Shown here: positions 39,649-54,119 of the stretch, in pieces
Layout: each line of letters begins with the position of its first letter
How positions within the stretch are numbered: position 1 is the stretch's first letter
NCBI GenBank assembly: GCA_964016885.1
Contig: OZ024747.1
Span: 744,001-808,000, forward strand
Source of the DNA: Eledone cirrhosa
Lineage: Eukaryota
Direction: 5' to 3'
DNA: 64,000 bases
Program-made: the position numbers and the translations under genes
Notes under the pieces: generated by a model
The model's input: only the letters and a program-made list of their open reading frames with translations
Database searches by the model: none
What the model was told of the DNA's origin: nothing

Positions 39649-40170
39649 ATATATATGTATGTATGTATATATATATATATGTATGTATATATATATGTAT
39701 GTATGTATATATATATATATGTATGTATATATATATGTATGTATGTATGTATATATGTATGTATGTATGTATATATATATGTATGTATGTATATATATAT
39801 GTATGTATGTATATATATATGTATGTATGTATATATATATGTATGTATGTATATATATATATATATATGTATGTATATATATATATATATATGAATGTAT
39901 ATATATATATATATATGAATGTATATATATATATATGTATGTATATATATATATATATATGTATGTATATATATATATATATATGTATGTATATATATAT
40001 ATATATATGTATGTATATATATATATATATATATGTATGTATATATATATATATATATGTATGTATATATATATGTATATATATGTATGTATATATATAT
40101 GTATATATATGTATGTATATATATATGTGTATGTATATATATATTTATATATATGTATGTATATATATAT
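38813..40170. repeat. (TA)n/(TATG)n compound microsatellite
   Basis: Read directly. Similar arrays at 32528-33150, 35263-35797, 42483-43968 and 46854-48398. Confidence 0.95.
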
Positions 40171-40642
40171 ATCATCATCATCATCATCGTTTAACGTCCG
40201 TGTTCCACGCTTGCATGCGTTTGGACGGGAGTTTTCCCACTTGAGGCAAGAGTGGTTGTCTTGCTCGCATAGGACTGTCTGGCGGGTTTTCTACAGTTGG
40301 ATGCCCTTCCTAACACCAACCACATTTACAGTGTGGGGCTGGGAGGTTTTTACCGTGTTGCCTACACGGGCACATTACAGCGTGGACTGTCTGGCAGGTT
40401 TTCTACAGCTGGATGCCCTTCCTAACACCAACCACATTTACAGTGTGGGACTGGGACGTTTTTACCGTGTTGCCTACACGGTCACATTACAGCGTGGACT
40501 GTGTGTTTTTTTTTTGTGACACCTACACGATCTCATTTGTTTCGGTCTGGATTTTGTGGCACTAACATAACTTTACATTGAAAGGTGCCACAAAATCCAG
40601 GCCGAAACAAATGAGATCGTGTAGGTGTCACGAAAAAAAAAA
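40171..40642 (-). mobile_element. RTE family A-related 3' UTR fragment ending in a fold-back
   Basis: (ATC)n tail and an internal duplication. 40506-40562 is inverted at 40585-40642. Confidence 0.8.
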
Positions 40643-40686
40643 TATATATATATGTATGTATGTATATATATATATATATATGTATG

Positions 40687-40744
<58 letters not shown>

Positions 40745-40746
<2 letters not shown>

Positions 40747-42482
40747 AAACTATAGAGGTATAAAGTTGATGGACCAGGTCATGAAAGTAACAGAAAGAGT
40801 TATAGCACAGCTGATTAGGGACCGGGTGAATATAGACGAGATGCAATTTGGGTTTGTTCCAGGGAAAGGCACCACTGATGCGCTCTTCCTTGTGAGGCAA
40901 TTACAGGAAAAGTACCTAGCTAAAAGTAAGCCACTCTACTTGGCATTTGTCGACCTTGAGAAAGCCTTTGACAGAGTTCCACGTGCAGTAATCTGGTGGG
41001 CTCTTAGAAAACTAGGAGTAGATGAATGGCTTGTGAAAGCGGTACAAGCCATGTATAGGGGAGCAGTCAGCAAAGTTAGGATTGGCAATGAGTATAGCGA
41101 GGAATTTAGCGTACAGGTTGGGGTCCACCAGGGCTCTGTTCTTAGCCCTCTCCTGTTCATCATAGTCCTGCAGGCAATAACGGAGGAGTTTAAGACCGGA
41201 TGCCCATGGGAACTCCTGTATGCTGATGACCTCGCACTCATAGCTGAATCTATGGTAGAACTAGAGAATAAATTCCAAACCTGGAAGCAGGGACTAGAGA
41301 GAAAGGGCCTCAAAGTCAACATGACAAAGACTAAGGTCCTTATAAGTAGACGAGAAAACAGAACCCAGATCCCCTCAGGGAAATGGCCTTGCTCAGTATG
41401 TAGGAAAGGTGTAGGTAGGAACTCCATTCTTTGCCCCAAATGCAAACAATGGGTACACAAGAGATGTAGCGGGATCTCAGGAAGCTTAATTAAGAATGTA
41501 GGATTCACATGCAGCAGCTGTGCTGAAACAGCAAGCAAACAGCCACAGGAAACAAGTACCACCAATCTCTGGGAGGGCCCTGTAGAAACAGTAGACAGCT
41601 TCTGCTACCTAGGTGACCGAATTAGCAACGGAGGTGGGTGCTCAGAAAGTACAATAACTAGGGTAAGAACGGGATGGAAGAAGTTTAGGGAACTACTACC
41701 ACTGCTAGCTGCAAAAGGCTTCTCCCTCAGAATGAAAGGCAGACTGTATGATGCGTGTATCCGAACAGCGATGTTGCATGGTAGTGAGACCTGGGCGCTG
41801 AAGGTGGAAGACTTACGTAGATTAGAGAGAAACGAAGCCTGCATGCTCCGATGGATGTGTAACAGTAATATACGTGAACGACAAAGCATAAATGAATTGA
41901 GAGAGAGACTGAGCATAAGAGGAATCAAATGCTGCGTGCAGGAGAGGCGGTTACGCTGGTATGGACATGTGATGCGTATGAAGGATGACAGCTGCATAAA
42001 AAGGTGCAGAGCACTAGAAGTTGATGGAAACCGCGGAGTGGGGAGACCCAAGATGACTTGGGATGAGGTGATAAAAGCCGACCTTACCCAACTACACCTC
42101 TCAAAGTCAATGACACACGACCGTGACTTCTGGCGTCACGCAGTAATACAGGGTACCCGACCTCCCATGGGTACATGCTGAAGCATATAAACAATATGCC
42201 CCCCCCCCCCACCGCAAGGTGGTCGTGGAGGTGCCACGGCAAAAAAGCACCCAGCCCACACTGTAAAGTGGACGTGTAGGCGCCACGAAAAAGCACCCAG
42301 CACTCACTGTAAATGAGGTTGGTGTTAGGAAGGGCATCCAGCTGTAGAAATCAAGCCAGATCAGTTCCTGTATGAGCAAGGCATGGTCAGCCGACCAGAC
42401 ACTGCCCACAACAGGACAACCCGTCTAACCCATGCTAGCGTGGAAGAACGGACGTAAAACGGTGATGATGATGATGATGATG
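40745..42482 (+). mobile_element. RTE-clade LINE family B, 5'-truncated, RT frame intact (40745-42181)
   Basis: NYRGIKL, FVDLEKAFDRVPR, GVHQGSVLSP, LYADD and a Cys/His insertion. Followed by a 3' UTR and (GAT)n tail. Confidence 0.92.
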
Positions 42483-43968
<1,486 letters not shown>

Positions 43969-44579
43969 CATGTCAGGTCACCAGTTGGTGCTACTGGTAA
44001 CATGTATCCCAGTACAACCTGTCTCATAGTCGGGTCGTTGGCGACTAAACTGGCAACCCCACCAAGGTTTCTTGGTGAGGAGGGTGACTGGACATCCTGC
44101 GGGACTAAAAACAAAACCTGTCAAAGGGCAAAGGAGCTCTAAAGAGTCAATGGCCATCCAAAATCACCGGAAGAGATGACTCCTTAGCCTTTGTCAAGGC
44201 AGAATTCTAGGAGAAGGAAAACTCTGATATAACACCTGCAACCCTGATGATATGCAATGATGTTGACTTGTTCTTCTTTTTGGTAAATATCATCTTGGTT
44301 AAGAGAGTGGGACTGGCTTTGTGCAGTGCCTTTGCTCACTATAAAAGCTTCACGGCACAGGCATTGCTTTATATCTGGAGATCTCTCTGCACTTGTCGTC
44401 ACATGGTACCATGGGCCCAGCACTGTGTGTCAATAATTGTCACGAGTGTAGTGTTTGTACCAGAGTTTTCAAGTCGCTGGCTGGACTAAAAAGTGACACT
44501 CGTTCAGCGTATCGGTAGGGGTTCTCCTACGTGGATATAAAGTAGTGGCCGTACTCGAAAACGAGTTCGCAGCAACCAT
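43969..44579 (+). mobile_element. Bipartite non-autonomous RTE-like element (5' UTR joined to 3' end)
   Basis: The 5' part has RTE-leader-like motifs (GGCAACCCCACC, TAGGAGAAGGAAAACTCTGAT). The 3' part is the WRSLC...C2H2 relic shared with 31950-32157. No RT. Confidence 0.6.
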
Positions 44580-44587
44580 ATATATAT

Positions 44588-44621
<34 letters not shown>

Positions 44622-44624
44622 CGT

Positions 44625-44658
<34 letters not shown>

Positions 44659-44676
44659 TGTATCGTTATATATATA

Positions 44677-46541
44677 TCATCGTTAACTGTTATAAGGGTA
44701 AAGGAGACGCCCTAGATAGGAGTAACTATAGAGGCATTAAATTAATCGACCAGGTCATGAAGGTCACGGAAAAAGTAATAGCGCAACTAATCAGAGAGAG
44801 AATTGACCTAGATGAAATGCAGTTCGGGTTTGTGTCAGGCAAAAGTACCACAGACGCTCTTTTCATAGTACGACAACTACAGGAGAAGTACCTAGCTAAA
44901 GGTAAACCCCTCTACTTAGCTTTTGTCGACTTGGAGAAAGCCTTCGACAGAGTCCCCCGCTCCATTATCTGGTGGGCTCTTAGAAAACTAGGCGTTGACG
45001 AATGGCTTGTGAGGGCTATACAAGCCATGTATAAAGAAACAGTCAGCAAGGTTAGAATTAACAACGAATATAGTGAAGAGTTTAGCGTAAAAGTTGGCGT
45101 CCATCAGGGCTCTGTTCTCAGCCCACTACTATTTATTATTGCCCTTCAGGCTATAACAGAGGAGTTCAAGACAGGCTGCCCATGGGAACTCCTATACGCA
45201 GACGACCTGACACTCATAGCGGAATCAATGGCCGAGCTAGAGAAGAAATTCCAAACATGGAAGCACGGCCTAGAGTCAAAAGGACTTAAAATTAACCTGG
45301 CTAAGACCAAAGTACTAGTTTGTAGGAAAGAAAACAAGGCGGCGGTCCCTTCTGGGAAATGGTCGTGCTCGGTGTGTAGGAAAGGCGTAGGTAGAAACTC
45401 CATTTTATGTCCTAAATGCAAAGTATGGGTGCATAAAAGATGTAGTGGGATCACAGGTAAGCTAACTAAGAACATAGATTTTACATGTGGCCGGTGCTCT
45501 GGTGCAATAAGTAGCAGCAAGTGCCCACAAACTACTAGCTCTTTCAATTGCGCAGAGGGTTCTATAGAAATAGTGGACAGCTTCCGTTACCTGGGCGATA
45601 AAATCAGCAGTGGGGGAGGGTGCTCTGAAAGTACTGTAGCTAGAGTCAGAACTGGTTGGAAAAAGTTCAGAGAGCTTATACCACTATTAGCTGCTAAAGG
45701 GTTCTCACTAAAAATGAAAGGCAGGTTGTACGATGCCTGCATACGAACAGCAATGCTGCATGGCAGTGAGACCTGGGCATTGTGTGCAGAGGATATACGC
45801 AGACTAGAGAGGAACGAAGCTTGCATGCTCCGCTGGATGTGTAACAGTAATATACGTGAACGGCAAAGCATAAACGAACTAAGGAAAAAATTAGAGATAA
45901 GAGGGATCAGATGTTGTTTACTCGAGAGAAGGCTACGTTGGTATGGACACGTGATGCGCATGAAAGTCGATAGCTGTATAACAAAGTGCAGGGCAATAAA
46001 GATAGACGGTAGTCACGGAATAGGCAGACCTAGAAAAACCTGGGACGAGCTGATAAACTCCGACATCACACACTTACACCTCTCCAAGACAATGTAACTG
46101 GACCGAGACCTTTGGCGGTACTCAGTAACAGAGAAGACCCGCCTTACCTAAATATATAGTAAAACCTACTCCAGCCAGTAGGCATCTCTAACAAAATACA
46201 CCCCGTCCCACCACCCACACCCCCACCCCATCCACACCACCCCGTTCTATGTAAAGTTATGTTGGTGCCGCGCCATCGAGGCCGAAAGAAATGAGATCGT
46301 GTAGGTGTCACGACAAAAAAACACACAGTCCACGCTGTAATGTGGCCGTGTAGGCAACACGGTAAAAACCTCCCAGACCCACACTGTAAATGTGGTTGGT
46401 GTTAGGAAGGACATCCAACTGTAGAAAACCTGCCAGACAGTCCTATGCGAGCAAGACAATCACTCTTGCCTCAAGTGGGACTACCCCCGTCCAAACCCAT
46501 GCAAGCGTGGAACACGGACGTTAAACGTTGATGATGATGAT
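44677..46541 (+). mobile_element. RTE-clade LINE family A, 5'-truncated
   Basis: RT ORF to 46097. The premature TAA corresponds to TCA in the inverted copy, and the natural stop is at ~46151. Followed by a 3' UTR and (GAT)n tail. Confidence 0.92.
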
Positions 46542-46853
46542 GGGGGGGGGGGGCATATTGTTTATATGCTTCAGCATGTACCCATGGGAGGTCGGGTACC
46601 CTGTATTACTGCGTGACGCCAGAAGTCACGGTCGTGTGTCATTGACTTTGAGAGGTGTAGTTGGGTAAGGTCGGCTTTTATCACCTCATCTCAAGTCATC
46701 TTGGGTCTCCCCACTCCGCGGTTTCCATCAACTTCTAGTGCTCTGCACCTTTTTATGCAGCTGTCATCCTTTATACGCATCACATGTCCATACCAGCGTA
46801 ACCGCCTCTCCTGCACGCAGCATTTGATTCCTCTTATGCTCAGTCTCTCTCTC
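46542..46853 (-). mobile_element. RTE family B internal fragment
   Basis: Reverse complement of ~41900-42210, starting at the poly-C/G tract. Confidence 0.85.
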
Positions 46854-47551
46854 ATATATGTATGTATATATGTATGTATATATATGTATATGTATCAGTC
46901 TCTCTCTCATATATGTATGTATATGTATGTATATATATGTATATGTATGTATGTATATATATGTATATGTATGTATGTATATATATGTATATGTATGTAT
47001 ATATATATATATGTATATGTATGTATATATATATATATGTATATGTATGTATATATATATATATGTATATGTATGTATATGTATGTATGTATATATATAT
47101 ATATGTGTATGTATGTATATATATATATATGTGTATGTATGTATATATATATATATGTATGTATGTATATGTATGTATGTATATATATATGTATGTATGT
47201 ATATGTATGTATGTATATATATATGTATGTATATGTATGTATGTATATATATATATATATATGTGTATGTATGTATATATATATATATATGTATGTATGT
47301 ATATATATATATATGTGTATGTATGTATATATATATATATGTGTATGTATGTATATATATATATATGTGTATGTATGTATATATATATATATGTGTATGT
47401 ATGTATATATATATATATGTGTATGTATGTATATATATATATATGTGTATGTATGTATATATATATATATGTGTATGTATGTATATATATATATGTATGT
47501 ATGTATATATATGTATATGTATGTATGTATGTATATATATGTATATGTATG

Positions 47552-47584
<33 letters not shown>

Positions 47585-47649
47585 GTATATGTATGTATGT
47601 ATATATATATATATGTGTATGTATGTATATATATATATGTGTATGTATG

Positions 47650-47682
<33 letters not shown>

Positions 47683-48085
47683 ATATATATATATATGTAT
47701 ATGTATGTATGTATATATATATATATATGTATATGTATGTATATGTATGTATGTATATATATGTATATGTATGTATATGTATGTATGTATATATATATGT
47801 ATGTATATGTATGTATGTATATATATATGTATGTGTATGTATGTATATATATATATATGTGTATGTATGTATATATATATATATGTGTATGTATGTATAT
47901 ATATATATATGTGTATGTATGTATATATATATATATGTGTATGTATGTATATATATATATATGTGTATGTATGTATATATATATATATGTGTATGTATGT
48001 ATATATATATATATGTGTATGTATGTATATATATATATATATATATATGTGTATGTATGTATATATATATATATATATATATGTG

Positions 48086-48120
<35 letters not shown>

Positions 48121-48137
48121 ATGTATGTATATATGTA

Positions 48138-48206
<69 letters not shown>

Positions 48207-48398
48207 GTATGTATATATATATATATATATATATGTGTATATGTATATATGTGTATATGTATGTATATATATGTATATATATGTATATGTATGTATATAT
48301 GTATATGTATGTATATATGTATATGTATGTATATATGTATGTATATGTATATGTATATATATGTATATGTATGTATGTATATATGTATGTATATATAT
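46854..48398. repeat. (TA)n/(TATG)n/(TGTG) compound microsatellite
   Basis: Read directly. Confidence 0.95.
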
Positions 48399-49409
48399 AT
48401 AACTTTGAATAACTTAGAAATGTTTTGGCCAGTATTGGCCCGGGCCATGTCTAACTTAATAGCACCACCTGGCGAAGTCTTTCAATTCAGGATTTGGGCA
48501 CCATGGCCCATTCGAGAAGAGATTACTGTTTGCGGAGACATATCCGGGTGTGGGTGGTTTGTCCGGGATTATTTGGAGGAATTTGTCCAAAGACTTCTTG
48601 AATTTTGTGTGGTCAGTTTCTGTTTTGATGTGTCCTGGTGTGATGTTGAAGAGAGCAGGGCCGATTGAGGTGAAATAATTGTGCCGTATTGTTGTTATGA
48701 GTTGCGATTTAGATTTTTGTATGGGATGGATAGCACGGGGCCCAAGCCTTGGGTGTATCTTGAAGGCGATGCCAACATCATTTGGGCAGTGATGATGGAA
48801 CATTTTCCACATCATGCAGATAATATAACGCTCACGGCGACGTTGGAGTGAGTAAAGTTTCAGGTTTTCTAGTCGACCCCAGTAGTCAAGGTCTGACATG
48901 CCATCTATCTTTTTCGTGATTGCCCTTTGAGGAGCTTCAAGTTTCATGATACTTTGTTTCGTGTGGGGAGACCACAGTGGTCAACAGTATTCAAGGTGTG
49001 GTCGGGCAAAAGTAGAGAAGAGAAGGATAATGGTGTGGGAATCTCTCGACTGGAAGGTTCTGAGGATCCAGGAACACATTCTGCGGGCCATGTCAACTTT
49101 GCTGCTTATATGCGTGGCCCAGCTTATGTTGCTGTCCACGGTTACTCCCAAGTCTCTGATGTTGTTAGATGCCACGAGAGTTTCCCCGGAGGGAAGGGAG
49201 TACGGGAGTTTCAGAGCATCCTCTTTTCCAAAGTGGATCAGTTCGAATTTGTCTTCGTTCAGTAACATGTTGTTCTTTTCCGCCCATTGGGTAACAGCCA
49301 GTAGGTCTGACTGAAGGCTTATCCGGTCATCCACGCCATTGATGACCTTTTGGAGCTTGGAATCATCAGCGAAAATTTTAATGTTGCTGTGTTTGATGAT
49401 GTCAGTGAT
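48399..49409 (-). mobile_element. Second, shorter copy of the CR1/L2-group LINE at 483-2058
   Basis: Near-identical to 483-~1494. It has gained a TGA stop (~48981) and a 1-bp deletion near the C-terminus. Confidence 0.92.
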
Positions 49410-49416
49410 ATATATG

Positions 49417-49607
49417 CGCTTGGTGTTTGGTGCTTGGTGCTTGGTGCTTGGTGCTTGGTGTTTGGTGCTTGCTGCTTGGTGATTGGTGCTTGGTGTTTGG
49501 TGCTTGGTGCTTGGTGTTCGGTGTTTGGTGCTTGGTGCTTGGTGCTTGGTGTTTGGTGCTTGGTGCTTGGTGTTTGGTGTTTGGTGCTTGGTGCTTGGGG
49601 CTTGGTG
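49417..49607. repeat. Heptamer microsatellite (GCTTGGT/GTTTGGT)n
   Basis: Read directly. Confidence 0.95.
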
Positions 49608-50249
<642 letters not shown>

Positions 50250-50250
50250 A

Positions 50251-50850
50251 CGGGCTTTACCCGTTCGAGAAAGGCTCTACAGACACGGGCGCCCGGGTAG
50301 GGACCCCGCCAAAAAGATCTGTCCCAGATGCGTGTGCGACGAGGAAACCGTTGCACACGCATTGGTACACTGCTCGGGCGTAGCCGATCTGTGGGGCTAT
50401 GTCGAACAACTGCTGTCAAGGGTGGGACCGACCCGGTTGACCACCGAGTCTATTGTAATGATCAAGCCGCCTCCCCCCTTCAAAGATGAAGCAGAGGCGG
50501 TGTTTCTGTGCGTAATAGCCATGGCGAAAGAGGTTGTATGGTGGACGTGTCTGAAAGGACTGAGGTCAGGCACCTTTCTCTCTGGCCAACAACTGGTCCG
50601 TTTCTTCCGTTATCATTTCGGAAGAAGGATCAGGATGGAGAGAGAGGTGCTGCACCCCAGCCGTTTCTATGAAAGATGGGTGAAAGTGGCGAGAATGGCC
50701 CGTGTGAATGGGCCTTCACTCTACATCAGACTATAGGTGAGGAAGATGAAAGACGAAGGGAGCACCCCTTCTCTGTGCTCCTGAGGAGAAGGGTTGCACA
50801 CTTTTTTCGGGGGTGTGTGCGACCCCCCAAGGCGCCTCCTCTCTATTGAA
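50251..50850 (+). mobile_element. 3' fragment of an L1/Tx1-like element (related to 10380-10900)
   Basis: CPRC...[24 protein letters not shown]...EREVLHPSRF...VNGPSLYI aligns by eye to the C-terminus of the element at 7663-11097. Confidence 0.85.
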
Positions 50851-51190
50851 AAGTACAGGAAAGGCAGATTTCAAAATGATTTTTTTTGCTGGTCTAAAAA
50901 GATCTACAACTTGAGAGGTCAGACAGCTTGATAGCTGTGTGGTGTATGGGGGAGGTGTTTTTTTGCTGTTTAGATGATGATTATGCAGGTGGTCCAAAAA
51001 GATCTACAGCGTGGGAGAGAGATTGAAAGTTGGGCAATAAATGGAGACATCTTTTGCTGGATTTGTAGTGCTGAGTAAAAGCTGTCCAATTTGTAGGATT
51101 GGTGCTTTTCTTCAAGTGTTGTGTTTTGTATACATTGTGATTACAGTTTCTTGTATTATTCACTATTTTTATTTTATGTCTGTCTTCCAG

Positions 51191-51310
51191 TTTGAGCCAA
51201 CCACTGAAGAAACCAGTGACTTTCTGAAGGTGACAGCAGAACTGCAAGAGTGTGTACCTGCAGGGGTCCTTATACAGGAATTGGGGAGCTCTATATCAAC
51301 TGATATTAAA
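51191..51310 (+). CDS. MAVS-like CARD/death-domain tail-anchored protein, first visible exon
   Basis: Acceptor TCTTCCAG and donor AAA|GTTTG. 120 bp, phase 0/0, FEPTTEET...ISTDIK. Confidence 0.65.
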
Positions 51311-52684
51311 GTTTGGTACATTTATTTTATTTTTGTTCTTGTAACACATTTGTTTTACATGAACTGTCAACTAGCAACATTAGGATTGTATATGAAAGGT
51401 AATGTAGGGGCCTTAACTCCTGAAGGAGTCATACACACCATCTTTATATGACTATTAGCATGCTGAATTTATTTATGAATTGCTTCCCTTGACACTGCAT
51501 TAACGGGAGATTACTCTATCAGCGCCCAGAACGTGCTGAAGGTTAAACCTGGTGAAGCCCATTTCTCTTCAGGAAGATCATAAGCTGGTTTCTTGCAGAG
51601 AAAGAGACTTGATCCCCAGTATTTCACTGGTACTTTATTTACCAACCTTGAAAAGATGAAAGACAATGTTGACATCAGTGGGACTCGGCGTGCAGTGAGC
51701 TGGAAAAAATACTGAAGTTTGACAGCCCCCAACAATTCAGTTTAACTCCTATGATAACCTCTTATATGGGGTCTCTAAGGTTGGTGGATTGGCAGACTTG
51801 GTAGACTGTTGGATACCATTGAGATAGTTGTTCTGGAACTTTCTGAGTTCAAATATTATTTTTGTTTAGCTTTTGTTACTGTGAAGACCGGCTGACCACC
51901 CAGCCCACCACCCACCTGACCTGCTAAGGTAAACATAATGCAACTGGCAATATTAATATTTCAAGCTAACAACAGAGAATGGGGAAAACAAAGTAATATA
52001 AACACACGCACACATACACTCACTGATACACATACTCACTAACACACACACACAAAACATAATTAATTTTTTAATGACTGAAATGGTCATAAGGAGGAAG
52101 CTAATTGTTCTTCATTTATATACATCTTTGAATATGTATGTATATATGTGTTTGTGTGTGTATATATATATGCATGTGTGTTTGCATATATATATCTTTC
52201 TGGGAGATCAGTAGGTTTGCTTCAGTACTGACTTAGTCTATGTAGACTTGTTCAACCCTTGCTAACAGAGAAAGCAGGCATTAAATGGTGATGATATTAG
52301 AATAGGTGCACTGTATCCCTGCATGCCGTAAGAGGCAACTGAAAGGGTTGGCATCAGGAAGGGGATTTATCTAACTGTAAAACATTCTCAAAACATCTAC
52401 CCACCCCATGTCAACAGGGAAAAGTAAGCATAAAATGTGTAATACATACATGTGTGTGTATGTGTGTATATATATATGTGTGTGTTGGTAAAGGCGATAC
52501 AAAAGGACAAGGTAGCTATATCTGGTCTTGTTTTTGTGTGTAAAATATAGAGTGCCTGGGGTAAATGCCCTGTCTGCCCTGCTATCAATCTGTCCCTCAA
52601 TATATATTGTATGTATTCCCTCTCCCAGTTGGATCCATTGATTAGCTGTTGTAAGATAGTGAAATAAATCTCTGCTTTTCTCAG

Positions 52685-52856
52685 GACCAAATCCAATTGG
52701 AATATGAAATAAAAGAGAACGAAGCTGCTGTGAGTTGTTTACTTCAACACTTAGTATTAAGAGAGCAGTGGCAGTTGAGATTAGCTGATGCTTTACTTAG
52801 TTCAAACATCAACCTACCTGACTTAGCTGACAAATTGAAACCTGACACGCAAGAAG
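52685..52856 (+). CDS. MAVS-like protein, exon (CARD-like helices)
   Basis: Acceptor TTTTCTCAG and donor AAG|GTGAG. 172 bp, phase 0/1, DQIQ...EAAVSCLLQHLVLREQWQLRLADAL...LADKL. Confidence 0.8.
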
Positions 52857-53169
52857 GTGAGTTTATTTATGTCATTTACACAGTGTTGACTACAACCATT
52901 TGAATGTTGAAGGGTTAAATACAACCAGTTCTAAGGCCATTCTCCTGCTAAAGCAATACAGAATGCATGATAAGTTTAATTCTATCCAAAGGGTACTTCT
53001 TAAGGTAATGTTTTATAATCAGGTACATTTTCTGACACCAACCCTTTTAATCCTCCCACCCATATGACATACTAAGATAAAGTGTACTTATTCTAACCCA
53101 GATACACACAGTAAAGGGTTAAATATGAAAACAAGAATTGGTTATATTTTTGTCTTAATTTCTTGGTAG

Positions 53170-53370
53170 ATCTGGTATCTAAGAGTTACGATATTGGCAA
53201 CGAGTACATCTGTGGGAATAATAATAGATACCAATCAGAAGAAAAGGAGGTGAGCTTGAGTCTTATAGAAGAATCTAAATGGGAATCCATTCTACCAAAC
53301 CTACATGGACCCCTGAAACAATTGGACCAAGAATATCCTGACAGCTGGAGACTTTTAGCATTACATCTCG
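53170..53370 (+). CDS. MAVS-like protein, exon (start of death-like domain)
   Basis: Acceptor TTCTTGGTAG and donor TCG|GTATG. 201 bp, phase 1/1, ending LDQEYPDSWRLLALHLG. Confidence 0.8.
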
Positions 53371-54119
53371 GTATGTTGTTTATAACAAATTGTTTCGGTC
53401 ATTCATCATTTATATCTATATATTTGTAAAACTGGAACATGGCAATTAACTAACTAATTAACCTGTTAATTACTGCATAAAATTGTATATAAAAACAATT
53501 ATGTTTTAAGAGAAAGTGACCTACAACCAATTTCCTTTTGAAACCACTCCTGGTTTTATGCTACAAAACTATTTCACTGTGTTTATATCTAAAAACCTTT
53601 GCACATGAATTTGATGTAAGAACCTGTTATATTCTAGAAACAGGTTATTACCAAATCTCTCTAGATTCTTGATTTTTTTACAAAATTGTTTGGAAATCTT
53701 AGGCAATGTCTTTCATTAGAAACTTGCTAACAAAAGGGTTTTAAATGTTTGACTTTGTAATTCCTCTTGCTGCTCTAAGTATAAAGCAATTTAGACTTTG
53801 AGCTATTTAAAATACACTTTCTTTATACAATAATAATTTTAGTGATTTTTGTCGGCCATAAAAGCTAGAACTGCGAGAAAATTATGCCTTATTGATAGGC
53901 AAAACAATAGTTTTGGTAAAATTTAGACTTAACTATGGTACTTGTTTACAGCTAAACAGACAGCCATCAAGAAATGTATCATTGAAAGGAATACCTTCAG
54001 TGCCTGTCGTTACTATGTACTTCTCTTAATGGATTATATTTTACTAAAACTTAAATTTAATAGGTTCTAGAAAGATCATATGTTTTAAGATACATTAATG
54101 GGATTTCTTCTTTTTGTAG

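Noticed and set aside
43975-44055. HDV-like ribozyme in the RTE leader
   Set aside because: P4, J4/2 and P2-like pieces are present, but P1, P3 and L3 could not be assembled consistently.
54098-54119. ATG start of the 655-aa ORF
   Set aside because: It lies in the polypyrimidine tract/acceptor of the last intron. The frame continues from the upstream exon.
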